DNA from: Ruditapes philippinarum
Taxonomy: Eukaryota
Reading direction: 5' to 3'
Assembly: GCF_026571515.1 (NCBI RefSeq)
Contig: NW_026867118.1
Location: forward strand, 124,001-188,000
Length of the DNA: 64,000 nt
The stretch's first letter is position 1, and every line of letters starts with the position of its first letter. The position numbers and the translations under genes were made by a program. This document shows, one piece after another, positions 24,701 through 37,508 of this stretch. Below the pieces are notes generated by a model, which was not told the DNA's origin, searched no databases, and saw only the letters and a list, made by a program, of their open reading frames with translations.

Positions 24701-27700
24701 ATAGAAGATTTTTGTATCATTTTTTCTTAAAAAATAAATGAACTTAAAGCAAGTTCCTTACATAATATTTGGAAATGATTTGTCCTAACATCTTACAAGT
24801 TTTCAAATTAAAAAGTGGAAACAGTACCTTTAATACAAATTTGTTAATATCAAGCTTCAAAGCCATGTAAGATATGACAAGCATAAACTAAAAATCACAA
24901 GAGAGAATAAAGAAAGAAGTCAGTTCACACAAGAAAAGACAAACTGTGTTTTTTCAATCAGAAAGCATAAATGCAATTTTCTGTGCTTTAAAAGCTTTAT
25001 CACAACACGAGAAATGCATTCCTTGTCTTGACACACTACAATCAGAAAACATGTGAATTCAATTTAAAACATATCTTTAATTCAAATTACCTTGTTCTGA
25101 GGGTTGTTCGTCAGTCGCCGTCGTTCTGCCCTCTGGCTGAATATCTTCTAAATCATCATCTTCCGAAGCCAGGTGTATACCTGTTGTCTGCCCAGCTTTC
25201 CATTTTGAGATTATATTTACCTGGCCTTCATCTTCCTCACCCTTTTCTTCCTTATCCTGTACGAAATTATAAGATCTTGTAATGTATTTTCTTTGACAAG
25301 TCAACTATTTAAGTACATAAGTTGTTTACAACATTTAAATATCAGAAAGTTAGGATTCAGAAGGTAAAAGTAACCAACCATATTTGCAGTGGTAATTATT
25401 ATCAAAGATTACTCTCTCACAGTACTTGAAGTTAAAAGTTCAAACAGACTGCTTCCTCAATGAGTGTAAACCTTCTACAATCTTACCTGTTCAATGCCAA
25501 GATATTCACCATGCTGTTCACATCCAATATCAAATACATATTTGCCTTTTCCCATTGGCTAAAACAAAAGATAATAGAAAATCAATAAAATTTCTAACTT
25601 AGATGTAACTTATTTAGAATTTTAAAGGATTAGCCAATTAATAATTATATTCTTTATTTTTTGGTTGTTTTTAAAGTCATATTGGCAGTAGCTGTAAAAA
25701 GTCAAAACTTTCCTGATGTAGGAAGACTGCAGTGTCCCTCTGTATAATATTTCAAGCACAAGAGGGCACCCAAGTAGAACCGATGACTTTCTTTAAATTA
25801 TGATAGTAAGATAGCTTGAATTAGCTTCTCACATGAAAGAGAATCTAAAAGAATACACAGCCCCTGGTGGGATTCAAACCAACAACAGTAAAAGGCATGT
25901 GTTTTTGAGTAAGTGACCCTAACCACTCAGCCATGTGACTTCTATTCTAACAGAGTACCATGAAGCAAAATCAATGATTCACTGTAAAAATATTTGCATG
26001 AAGTTTTTGCAGAATCACTTATAAATATATTTGTGACTAGAGTTAATGCTTATTACTGGTGTTACTTACTCTATCTTCACGGAAAACTCCTACATATTTA
26101 TGATTGGCATGTACAAGTTCACCATGTCCGTCTCTCTTTCCAGTGTTCCATGTACCTACATATTTAGTTCCGGTAGCAGCGTATGTGTAAGTACCTTGAC
26201 CGTGTCTGACATGATTCAACCATTCTCCCTCGTATATATCACCATTGACGTAAAAATATTTACCGAAACCACATCTTTGGTCATCTACCCAGCTGCCTGT
26301 TGAATATTCATAGAGAACTTTTAATCACTTTTAATAGTAAATTCTTAACATATTTTTTACTCAAAGGACTTAATCAGATATTCATATTATGAAAAATGTT
26401 TCAGAGCCTTAAGTATTATTCACTGGATTAATTAACATTGACAAATCATAGGGTAAACATCACTGAAACTAAGGAATAATTCAAGTCACTGTCAAACTAT
26501 TTTTTGTCTTTTAGGCCATCCAACTCATTAAGATATATCTTAATTATGGTAGTTATAATAATATTCTAAATATTATAAACATCGGTGGCGCGATAGCTCA
26601 GTTGGTTAAACCACTGATTATCACTCCTGAGGTCCCGGGTTCGATCCTGGGTTACACCCTTGGGATTTTTCAGAGACACTTTCAGTGTTTCCCACCTACC
26701 TAGAGGTGTACTGGTAAGAAATCCAGGTAATCCTCGCATGTATCAGTGCTATACACTGGGCATGTAAAAGAACCAAGGGGTCTATTCAATAAGAGCTAGG
26801 GACTGGTTCCCGGATTCCCTTGTATCTTAAAAGCTGTTTCTTAAATGTATACAATGTATACCTGCTTATAGTAATCGAAAACGATTTTAAAGCAGTATGA
26901 TGTAAAAAAAAAAAAAAAAAAAAAAAATAAATATTCATGGCTTGTCTTGTCATAATTGTGCTGTTCATATTGATTTCATTTATGAAAATACTTATAATTC
27001 ATAATTGATGCAACTTCCACAGTCAATGTCAATTACCAATTGATATTTCACTTAAAGTATTAAAACAAAAGTTAAACTGCTGTCATTAATTACATATCCA
27101 ATAATTTTTAACATCTAGAAATTTATAGAAGCCTCTGTTCTCATCTAAAGTTATGAAAACAGTTGTTAACATACCTTCATATCTTGAACCATCTGGATAT
27201 ATAAAGGTTCCATTGCCATGTTTCTTATTTTTTATATATTCACCAGTGTATCTTGAACCATTCTTGAATCTGGAAAATATTTGTGAAATAATGCTTATTA
27301 TTATAAAATCAAAATACAATTAATGTAGCATACAAAAATGTACATCATAGTGTTCAGTTTTACAGCAACATGTGCTTTTATTTAAGGTAATTTATAGATT
27401 TATTAACTTTAGAACAGAAAATGATAAGCATCTTTCTTTAAACATTATAAACACAAAACTTGAAGAATAAAAGACAAAATAGTTGAAATGAATATGCAGA
27501 TTTTTAAATTTAAGACCAAAATATATACATTTATACATTCAATAAATCAATTCAAAATTTTCATAGTTATGTATATAAAATGGGAGCACTCCTAAATACA
27601 CATAATTATATAAGCCAACATACCTGTAAATGCCATGACCGTGTCTTTTACCATTTTCATACATGCCTTCATATGTATCACCATTTGGCAGTGTAGCTTT

Positions 27701-28988
27701 TCCTTGACCATGCCTCTCATCTCTTTCATTTCTTCCCCCTTCATATTCCTATAATATCACATTAAAATATTACTTGAAATTTAAAATATAGCCTGAAATT
27801 TAACCATTTGCCTCCTGGCAGATACAGGATTCTAGCACTGTGACAAGTGCAGACCAAGATCAAACAGCACAATTTGATCATAGTCTGCAATGTTCTCTAT
27901 TCAGTCAGTACATATTTTGAAATCTTTCCTAAAATGATTAACTGATTTGTCCAGATTGAAAGACCAGGACAAGAACAATTCTAAGATTATTTAGCATAGA
28001 AAAGGTTATAAATATATAACACTTAAAATTTTATTTAAATCCTTATGTGGTCTGGATTCACCTTTTTTGACAACAGGAACTATTATAAATTGGGTAATCT
28101 GTGGTAAATAAAGGCATTTTTTTTTTCAAAATAAACCCTTATAAACCAGAAGATGGAATATTGTCACCTTGTGACAAATCATCATTGACACTTCATAAAT
28201 ACATGTTTCATTTGGAAACAGGACAACACTTGGGTATATTTTGTGGCGGAACTTAACTGAGGTTGTAGGTTTGAATAAAAAATGTGAGCCTCTCTTTTGA
28301 CTTCCTCAATCTAATGTTAATTATTACTGGTTATGACACAAGTGGAAACATGCAGTCAAGTGGTGTGAGTCCCCCGAATTGGGTTACACTGAGGAAGACA
28401 TCTAATTTAGCAGATTAGGAAAAAATAAATTATAAGCACATTTGCTTGGCCTGTTATGTATTTGCACTTGCTTATTTGGGGCAGTGCTGCCTCCAGTATT
28501 CTATTATAATTTACATTTTGTGTATGTCAATAAAATGCAACAAAATTCAGAATACACATTGTAACAGAAACCTGTTTTTTAGAGTTGATTCTACATATTC
28601 CTAGTATCATGGTTTATATGATTTTGCTTTAAGACATGCTTAATTAAATTTAAACATTGCAGAATGAATACCCTGCAGAATTACAATTTTAATTTGTCTA
28701 CTGTGAGTAGCCTTTAGTAATAGATCTATATAAATATATATGAAATGTAAGTAAAAAGCATTACAAAGTTAAGTTTTAAATAAATTATTTATATAAAACG
28801 GGTAAGTTAAACTAGATGATTTTGTTTTACAATTTCATCAAGATCTGAACATAATGATAAATTTCACAGAAGTTGCCAACTGTTTATTTTTTTTTATAAA
28901 AACAACTGATTCAAATAATTTCAACAGTACTTACGCCTAAGTATGGCCCCTGCTCCTCATCCATTTCTTCAGATCCCATATCAGACAT
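21762..28988 (-). CDS. RSPH1: Radial spoke head component 1, MORN-repeat protein (7 exons, 308 aa)
   Basis: Exons 28988-28935 ([18 protein letters not shown]), 27748-27624 ([28 protein letters not shown]...), 27269-27175, 26296-26070, 25558-25487, 25256-25091, 21949-21762. All GT-AG; total 927 nt, in frame. MORN repeats (YEG.W....RHGQG.Y.Y) and an acidic C-terminal tail. Confidence 0.93.
26584..26930 (+). mobile_element. tRNA-derived SINE (Deu/Nin-like core by inference)
   Basis: Box A TAGCTCAGTTGG, box B GGTTCGATCC, central CATGTAAAAGAACC...AATAAGAG segment, and a poly(A) end. Confidence 0.75.
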
Positions 28989-29295
28989 TTTGCCGATTTA
29001 ATTTAACGATGAAACGGAATAAAAAAAGACAGCTACACTTGCCAGTGTTAGAATAACGAGTAATCAAACGGTTGCTACGATGTAATAACATCCGGTTGAC
29101 TGTGTCCAATACAACAATTTTTCAGAAGACTTTACCGCGTGCAGTATGAGATACAGTCTGTAACACCGGTTAGTTTGTTTACATTTTTGACAAGTGAGAA
29201 CGAGCTGTCTCATGTCCAATAGATGATTTGATATAATTTTGCGTAATCCTTATGTTCAGTGTTATTTTTTACCGGGACTTCTAATTGAAACATAG
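28989..29295. promoter_or_regulatory. Bidirectional promoter shared by RSPH1 and PIH1D2
   Basis: About 300 bp separate the RSPH1 ATG from the first + strand donor. The interval contains an RFX half-site GTTGCTA (29071), ETS-like CATCCGG (~29089) and forkhead TGTTTAC (29176). Confidence 0.6.
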
Positions 29296-30858
29296 GTAAA
29301 TCTTATGGTTAATTTGAAACAAAAGTCTTCTAGATATATACATATAAAACGTTTTATATTCGGTTATGTAGCGATTCGTCCCACTCACATTTCGCCCTAT
29401 TTTACCTTATTTGATATATTTTATTTTTCATTTCTATACTTATTCAATTATTGGACTAAATTTATTCATACATCTTAGTAAGGTGATAATGAAAGTCAAT
29501 ATAACATTGATGTCTGCAAATTCAATATATAGAGGGATGATTAATATTAGCCCCCCCCCCCCCGCATTTCCATTCTATTTTCTTCATTTCAACAACTCTT
29601 TTTATCCTTTCATCCGTTTTTTGATTCAGGCATGTTTCATGTTCCCATAAAGTGTGTTCAATTTTAATAGAAAAATAAACATAGATTATGATAGATATAG
29701 ATAATACAAATAGAATGGTCCCCATGGTACCACTGTTCTTATTATTTCCAGCAAATTGTACAAATAAAAAGAACTTATATTAACTATTTTATTGAATTGT
29801 GTTTAGCTGTCGCATCTTAACTTTAAAATACACATGTCATTCATGGAATATCTCAATGATTTTAATTAGAAACATCTATGCGCGATCAGCCATGTTTAGA
29901 ATGGGAGCTTATACAGAGAGCACTATGGTACCGTGGTATATTAATTGATGGGCCTTTTTGGCTTCAGTATAATTTTTTGTAACAGAATATGCTGTCACTA
30001 CAGTTTCAGCAGACGACCTTCACGTGTCGGAATATGAAATTATAAGTTTAACCGTTAAATATGGGGTAAAATAAAGAAGTTTTTTCAGCACACACAGGAA
30101 GCTTTGGATTTTCCTATCAATAACAGAATTTATTTGAAATGAAAAAATTTCTAACAATTTCTATCCAAATTCACGAAAAGCAGCACTTCCACTTATACTA
30201 TAATGGTGGAAACAGTATTTGGTAGCATTCAATGTGTAAAGAAACAAATTTCCTATTACATCGGAATTGGCAAGGACGCGGTACCCGCGGGGAGTACTAT
30301 ACCATGACTGTTAATAGTGTGATTATAGGCCCCCTTAATTGATACATATGTACTACATGTCATGTAATTTGTGACTTCCGACTGCACATTAACATAATTT
30401 TAAGCTGGCAAATTTAATTTAAACTTCACACATTTTCTAAAAGACGACATTTTATAATGATCATTTCCAAAGTGTTATTAAATACTCTGATATTATAGTG
30501 CAACTTTAATTACAGCCTGGTGGTTATGAATAATTTAACAAAGACAATTTCTGGAACATTTTAAAATAAAAAGATAAACTGTGTATAATGTTATGTTATT
30601 GTTCATTATTTTTTTATAAAACTTCTAATACATTTGCTTTTCTCGAAAAATGAAAATTTAAAAAATCATGCTGAAATTTATTGGCCCTATTCCTTCAATG
30701 GAATAATTATGCAGTTATATGAAAGTGTGAAGGTTATATAACCACAATGGGAGTTTTTTAGCTGTGTATAATATGACTATCACAATGTCAATACTATTTG
30801 AATGGATGAACATTAATATAAATGCATGACAACTCTGATTCTGTTTCTGTAGGCAAGC

Positions 30859-33800
30859 ATGGAAGGGGAATACAGCAGTGAATCTATGATGCAACAGGCC
30901 CAGCAAGTGTGGTCAATGCTGGACGACATGGCTGATAATGATCCTGGTGCATATAAAGCATTTATAGACAAACAGATGGCAGAGAGAAACAATTTTATGG
31001 CACCACCAGAGCCACATATGTGTGTCAAAACAGAAATGGTGGTAAGTTGATTTAACAGTTAATCTACTGAATTTCACTTTGTGCAATGGGTAATGGGTTG
31101 TCTCTGCTTTGAATTTGTAAGTCAGTTCAGGGAATTACAGTATCCAAATACAAGAATTTACAGTTACTTACCATATATATAATATAATACTCTGGTCAGG
31201 GTGCACAGACATGAAGGTCTCAGGCTCTTTACTGGTAGCATTAAAGGTTAATTACTTCCGGTTTCAGCAGGTTGCTTTTTACCAATTTATTTCCTCCTTT
31301 TATCCTTCCTTTCCATTTTCCTTCCTTCATTTCTTTCTTATCCTTTTTTTTTCTTCCTCTTTCTCACCTACTTATCATCTTTACATCATTGTGTAATATA
31401 ATTTTCGCTTAAATAATCATATGTTTATTTGTTTGTTTGTTTTGGGTTTTACATCACATCGACACAGTATAGGTCATATCGCAACATTCCAGCTTTACTG
31501 GTGGAGGAAAACCTCAGGTGCCCTTACGTGCATTATTTCAGGCACGAACCGGCACCTGAGTAGAACCACTGACGTTCCGTAAGCTAGCTGGATAGCTTCC
31601 TCACATGAAAAAATCCAATGTCCCTGTCAGGATTCGAACCCACAGCGGTGAGGGGCAAGTGGTAATCATATGTTTATAAAGATTTGAAGTCTTGTGTTGT
31701 TTTACATTAGCTTCACCTTATACTATTTGGTGGTTACCCTTAAAAATTTTCTGATAATCTTATCACATAAATTTAGATATTGTATATTTTTGCTTTCAAA
31801 AGAAGGTCATGAAGGAAATGATAAGCCACTTACTCACTTGTTTTTTGATATAGGGAGTTGAGCACTATGGCTGTAAACTGCATGTTGAAGTATTTCATCT
31901 AATTTTTATGCCCCCACAAAGTGGGGTGCATATAGCGTTACACTTGTCTGTCCGTCCGTCTGTCCGTACATCCCGAAATCTTGATTTTTTCACTATATAT
32001 CGTATAGAAATTTATGAACGCAACTCCTCTTAAACCGGATGGCAGATTTTGCTTAAACTTCCAGGGATGAACAACCTTAATGTGTAGATGGTAATAAAGG
32101 AATGAATTTTTGCTGCGACTTAATTTAACAGAATTATGGCCCTTTATTGATTTTTTTCACTATGTAGAAATTTTGTGAACGCAACTCCTCTTAAACCGGA
32201 TGGCAGATTTTGCTTAAACTTTCAGGGATGAACAACCTAATGTGTAGATGGAAGTAAAGGAAGGAATTTTTGCTGCGGCCAAATTTAACAGAATTATAGC
32301 CCTTTGTTGATTTTTTCACTATATATCATATAGAAATTTATGAACGCAACTCCTCTTAAACCGGATGGCAGATTTTGCTTAAACTTCCAGGGATGAACAA
32401 CCTGAATGTGTAGATGGAAGTAAAGGAAGGAATTTTTGCTGCGACCAAATTTAACAGAATTATGGCCCTTTGTTGATTTTTTCAATATATATCCATATAT
32501 ACATGTATGTTGTCAGTGGGGGCATCCGTGTCCTTTGGACACAGTTTTAGTTATACTTAAATCATCATTGAAACCATAGAACCCAATTTTGATTTTTTTA
32601 ACAACATAAAAAACTGACAAGATTTTTGTTGTAATTCAAGTCAGGGATAATTATAAGGGCCATGGGTATAGCCTGTATATTTTTAGAAAAATTGTTGGTG
32701 ATAACTTAATCATCAGCTAATAAACAGTATTGTAATTTCTTTTTTAGTCAAAAATATTGCAAAATTATTTATAATACCTTATACAAGCATTGGGTGTGAC
32801 TTGGCCTATACATATCTAACAAACAGAATTTTGGTGAATTTAGTTAAAAAGACACTGAGAATTGTCTAGTAAAACATGATTGTACCAGTAAGCACTTTTC
32901 TGCATTAAAAAATTCAGGAAAGCAAAGTATAACTTCTTAAATCATCCTTGGAGTCATAAGCTAGCTTATATACATTGTATTTGTGTTATGTTTCTTACTG
33001 TCAAAAAATTAATTATTTTTTAGCATTTGTAAAAATAAAATTTGTATTTTTGTTTACAGAAGCCTGAGAAAATAAATTTCTACATAAATTTTTGCTCCTG
33101 GAAGAGAATACCACCACCAGCAAATGCGGAAGAACCAGTTAAAGTGACTGGTTGTGCAGTTAGTCAAATTAAAGAGGGTAAAGGTGCGTAACTGTTGCAA
33201 CATCATGTTGTACTTTCACCTAATTGTCTCCCTTGAGTAAAAAACAATTCTGAAATGAGAAATAACTTCCAAATGATTTTACAATCTTTTTTTAAAAATA
33301 TACACTTGACCGTACATTTGATATGTTTTAGGCCTTGATATACTCGCTGCCTTTGATTTAGCCCTTTTTATATTGCAAAATAGATATTGATATGTCAATG
33401 ATATGTTTGTAGTGATAGACATTTGTTTTAATAGATTTATTAGAAAGGTCTTTCAAATAGAAATTGCTTTTGTCCTCAAAATTGATAATGATTGCCCTAA
33501 TCTTCATTATTGCTATTAGAATTATTGCCCTCAGTCAGCCATCAGTTTGCTATATGATTGCCCTTATCTTCAAAACTGCTTAATGATTGCCCTCATTTCC
33601 AGTTTTGCAAAATGATTGCCTTTCATTCTGAAAATTACAAAATGTTTGCTCTTTTTCTCAAAATTGATCGATTGCCATTTATCTCAAATGTGTAACATGA
33701 TTGCCCTTGTCCCATAAGTTGGTAACTGATTGCCCTCATCCTAAAAAAATGCATGATGATTACACTTACCTTAAAAATTGCTATATGATTGCTCTTGTCC

Positions 33801-35564
33801 TCAAATTTTGCTAAAAAATAATAATTGCCCTCATTTTAAAAATTGATAAATGATTGCCCTTGTCCACAAAAATAACTGAGCAATTGCCCTTATCCTCAAA
33901 ATTGCCAAATGTTGACCCTAGTCCTTAAAATTGCTCAATGATTACGCTTATCCCACAAAATTGCAAAATGATTGCCATCATCCTGAAAATTGCTTTATGC
34001 TTGCCCTTGTGCTGAAAGTTGCTAAATTTTTGCCTTCATCCTTGACCTGACATTTGCTTAATGAATCCCCTTGACCTCAAATTTGCTAGATGGTTATATT
34101 TGTCCTCAAAATTGCTAAATGAATTCTCTATTGCACTTGACCTCAAATTTGGTAATCAAATGTCTTTGTCCTCAAAATTGCTTAATGGTTGCCTTATTTA
34201 CATTTGTTAAATTTCAGGTACTAAGACTGCCACTTCAGTGGCTTTTAATGGAAAGATCTTAGATGAATGTGGGAGAAATCCTGTAAACAAAGAAGATCAG
34301 CATGTTCTTATACAAATAGCCATGGACTTTATAGAGAAACAAAACCCACATATTGTTCTGAAACGAAACTATAAAATACTTGAGCAAGCACATATGGGTA
34401 ATGTTAAACAACTTCAAGAAAGTTTACTACTGTCTTTTAATAGCAAGAATAAGAATCAGGAAGACAATGTGGAAAATGTTCTCAAACATTTTGCTCCTCC
34501 AACTGTTGAATTGCCAAATGAGTTCAACAAGGAAACAGAAGATATTTCAGGGATAACTCTGAATACTAAACCTGTGAAAAAAGGCCTAATAGAGGAAGTA
34601 TCTTCTACAGCAGTTACATTACCGGAACCAGGTTTTGATTTGAACATTGTTCAGACTGACTCAAAGACATGCAAAAAATTAGTGTTGAAAGTTTATTTGC
34701 CTGGTGTGAAGTCTGTGTCACAGTGTGAACTGGATATATCACAGGTATAGTATTATAGTGCTAAACCTTCTAAACTTGTAATGTGAAATCCTCCAGCTTT
34801 GAATTTGGACCAGTAGATGACTTGTCCTAAGTCTAAAATCGGGCATAAGACCAAAACGGAGACAATTTTGCGTTTCAAAGAAAATGTCCTAAATTTTGAC
34901 TCCTATGTTATGACTCTCTGAATAGCAATGCTAATGGGCAGTAAAGCTACACATTACGAATAAAAGGGTCTGTCATTGTATTTCTAAACTTTCTAAGGAG
35001 AATGCATTTATTTATTGTGTTGAGTATTTGACTGATAATGAAAAGGTCTTAAGTTAGTCCTGAAGTTGGTTTTATATCCTAAGACTTAGGATACACATAG
35101 GATTTTCTATGAAATGCAGCCCAGCTCATAAGTATATTAATGGATTTCAATATAAAGCACTGAGATCCAGCATTCAGCAATCAAACTGCATAGATCACGT
35201 GTAAGCTGGTCTGACCCTAAAGTGATAGTGGTAATAAGTTATTATCACCTTAATCACTGAATAACACTATATCATGCTGAATATCTTGACTGGACTTGTC
35301 CATCTTCCAATCTGAACAATATAAACCGTTACTTTGTCATCTTTAGGGAACATTTCAAAATATATGCAGATTTTTGTGTGTATATATTTATAATTTTTCT
35401 TTATTTTTTTATTTATTCTTTTTCAGGATGATGTATACCTACTTGTAGAAGGAGAGTACGAGCTAAAACTTCCACTCCCCTGCCATATAGTCTACTCCGA
35501 AGCTGCAGCAAAATTTATCAAAAAATCAGAGACTCTGTCCATTACCTTGCCAATAAAAGAATGA
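30859..35564 (+). CDS. PIH1D2: PIH1 domain-containing protein 2, axonemal dynein pre-assembly co-chaperone (4 coding exons, 323 aa)
   Basis: Exons 30859-31041 (QVWSMLDDMADNDPGAYKAFIDKQM...PPEPHMCVKT), 33060-33183 (KPEKINFYINFCSWKRIPPP), 34218-34744, 35427-35564 (DDVYLLVEGEYELKLPLP...AAAKFIKKSETLSITLPI). Total 972 nt, in frame. PIH1 N-terminal domain plus C-terminal CS domain (LVLKVYLPGVKSVSQCELDIS). A probable non-coding first exon ends at donor 29295/29296. Confidence 0.9.
31429..31662 (-). mobile_element. 5'-truncated SINE (Meta-core-like family) with a 15-bp TSD
   Basis: Homologous to 52161-52412. TSD TAATCATATGTTTAT at 31414-31428 and 31663-31677; (AAAC)n tail. Confidence 0.85.
31903..32552 (+). 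mobile_element. HINE-like element with three ~170-bp internal repeats
   Basis: TTTTTATGCCCCC start, (GTCC)n microsatellite, repeated GAACGCAACTCCTCTTAAACCGGATGG units, and a GGGGGCAT-CCGTGTCC...GGACAC end hairpin. Confidence 0.8.
33460..34200. repeat. Degenerate ~31-bp minisatellite (>20 copies)
   Basis: Recurring TGATTGCCCTTGTCCTCAAAATTGCTAAA-like units, ending ~17 bp before the PIH1D2 acceptor at 34217. Confidence 0.85.
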
Positions 35565-36469
35565 TCCTTTAGTTACATGAGCAAGAAATGAAAATGATTG
35601 AAAGGTATTTAAGGAGGAAAAAGAAGATTAATATGATAACAAGTAAACTCATTGGCAGGAGTTTCAATTCCTCTTGGAACATTTAACTCTGTTTTGTGAA
35701 CAAGCTTGTCATAAACTAGCTGTGGTGGTCAGATGCAGACTGTTACTCGTTCCTGAAGGTGTGCACAAAGGTGCATCCATGTCACCTGCATATTCTTATA
35801 TAACATTTATATTGTTGTTTTTAGTAAAACAACACCAAAAATAACAAACTCATCAGTGGTTCAAAGAACAAAATCCAACATACAACTTATTGCTTATAAA
35901 AAAAGTATGAAAACTGTTTTCTTAAGTTCCATTCATGCACGGCTCCATTTTGAGTCTTTTTGTTATAACATGTACATATTTTAGTACATGAGTTTTAAAA
36001 TGCATTTAAATATTATTTAATTAATAAAAACAATAATAACAATTTACAGTTGTTAAAGTAAATTGATTGCATGCCTATTCAAGCTATTGTAACTTTCTGT
36101 ATGGTCATATTTTACTTTCTATTTGTTGATTTGTTTGTTCTCTAGTCAGGTGCTCCCTAATGAGCCATGTCTTGAAATGACAAAGTTTGAAAATCTCAAT
36201 GAAGCAAGATTTAAACTACATGTATTGTATTTTGTATTGATTATACAATAAGAATTAAATGAAATTTCATTACGTATTCCATGGTTATAGTTAGTGGCTT
36301 CTCACTTTATATGTCTTGAAGCCACAAATGATGCACGCTAGTCCAAATGTGTATGTCTAGTTATTTCCCTTTGCAAATGTAACTTCAAATTTGTATTTCT
36401 AGTTATCTCCCTTTCTCAAAGCAAGTCTTAATGTGTATCAATCTCCTACGCAGTGATCTTCCCTTATCA

Positions 36470-36820
36470 GGCCATCCTTAAAAAAATGTTTGTTTGCAGT
36501 AACGCGACCGACTCACAAAATTTGCCCCCACTCAAATTTTTTTTCTTGGTCTGGATAAAAAATTATTTTTTTTTGAATCAGAAAATTATGCCTTGTGCTT
36601 TAAGGTTAATAGAAGAAATAAAATGTAGTTCTTATTAAATTAGAATTCAGTTATCAATTTATTAATTATTACCAGATTATCAAAGCATATATTGTCCAGC
36701 ATTTTGAAATTCCATGTTTGGGAGTACAGTTCAATAATAAAAAAAAAAAATCGACCTACCTACCCACCTTGAAAATTCTGGGTCGGGTAACTGCAAACAA
36801 ACATTTTTTTAAGGACGGCC
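36470..36820. mobile_element. PIF/Harbinger-type MITE
   Basis: ~40-bp TIRs GGCCATCCTTAAAAAAATGTTTGTTTGCAGT / ACTGCAAACAAACATTTTTTTAAGGACGGCC, with a 3-bp TSD TCA. Confidence 0.8.
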
Positions 36821-37508
36821 TCAGTACAGAGATACAGAGGCTTGCATAATGATTTTATTCAACTTGTTCAATAAATTTAGTATTAAACTTTCACTCATTC
36901 AATATCCTCTATTTATCTCCCTATTAAAGCAAGTCCAAATTTGTATTTCTTGTTTTTGTGATCATTGGACTTATTCTAGCTAAATTATGAAAATTTATAA
37001 AGTATAAGAAACATACAGATATTTACAATCTAAATATAAACACTTTCCACATAATATGCAAATAAATTATGAGTGAATTTACTATAAGTCCAGGGGCAGG
37101 GCCAATATTAATACAAAGGGCATGATTATAACCAGTTTTGTAGAGGCATAAATGCAATGTATACCAACTTTATTAACTAATTAAGTGACCCCCGGCCAAG
37201 GGACCAATTAAGGGGCATGATTAATACCAGTTATGTTGTGATCCACAAAGGTGATGTTATATGCCGAAAAATCTAAGCTCGAGGCATCGTTGTTTCACAC
37301 AGTAAGTCTTATACGGTATGTGTGTTTCCTATATAAGTCAATAGATATATTATATATAAATTAAGTGACCCCTGGGGTGGGGCTAATATTGAACCAAGGG
37401 GCATGATTCATATCAGTTTTATAAAGGTAAATAAAGCAATGCTACATGCTTAATATCTGAGCTCTAGACATTTTAGTTGCACACAATGAAACTTAAATGT
37501 GTTTTCCT

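Noticed and set aside
26584-26660. tRNA gene (also the head of 52161-52412)
   Set aside because: Box A and B are present but there is no convincing cloverleaf or Pol III terminator; the sequence continues into a SINE body and tail.
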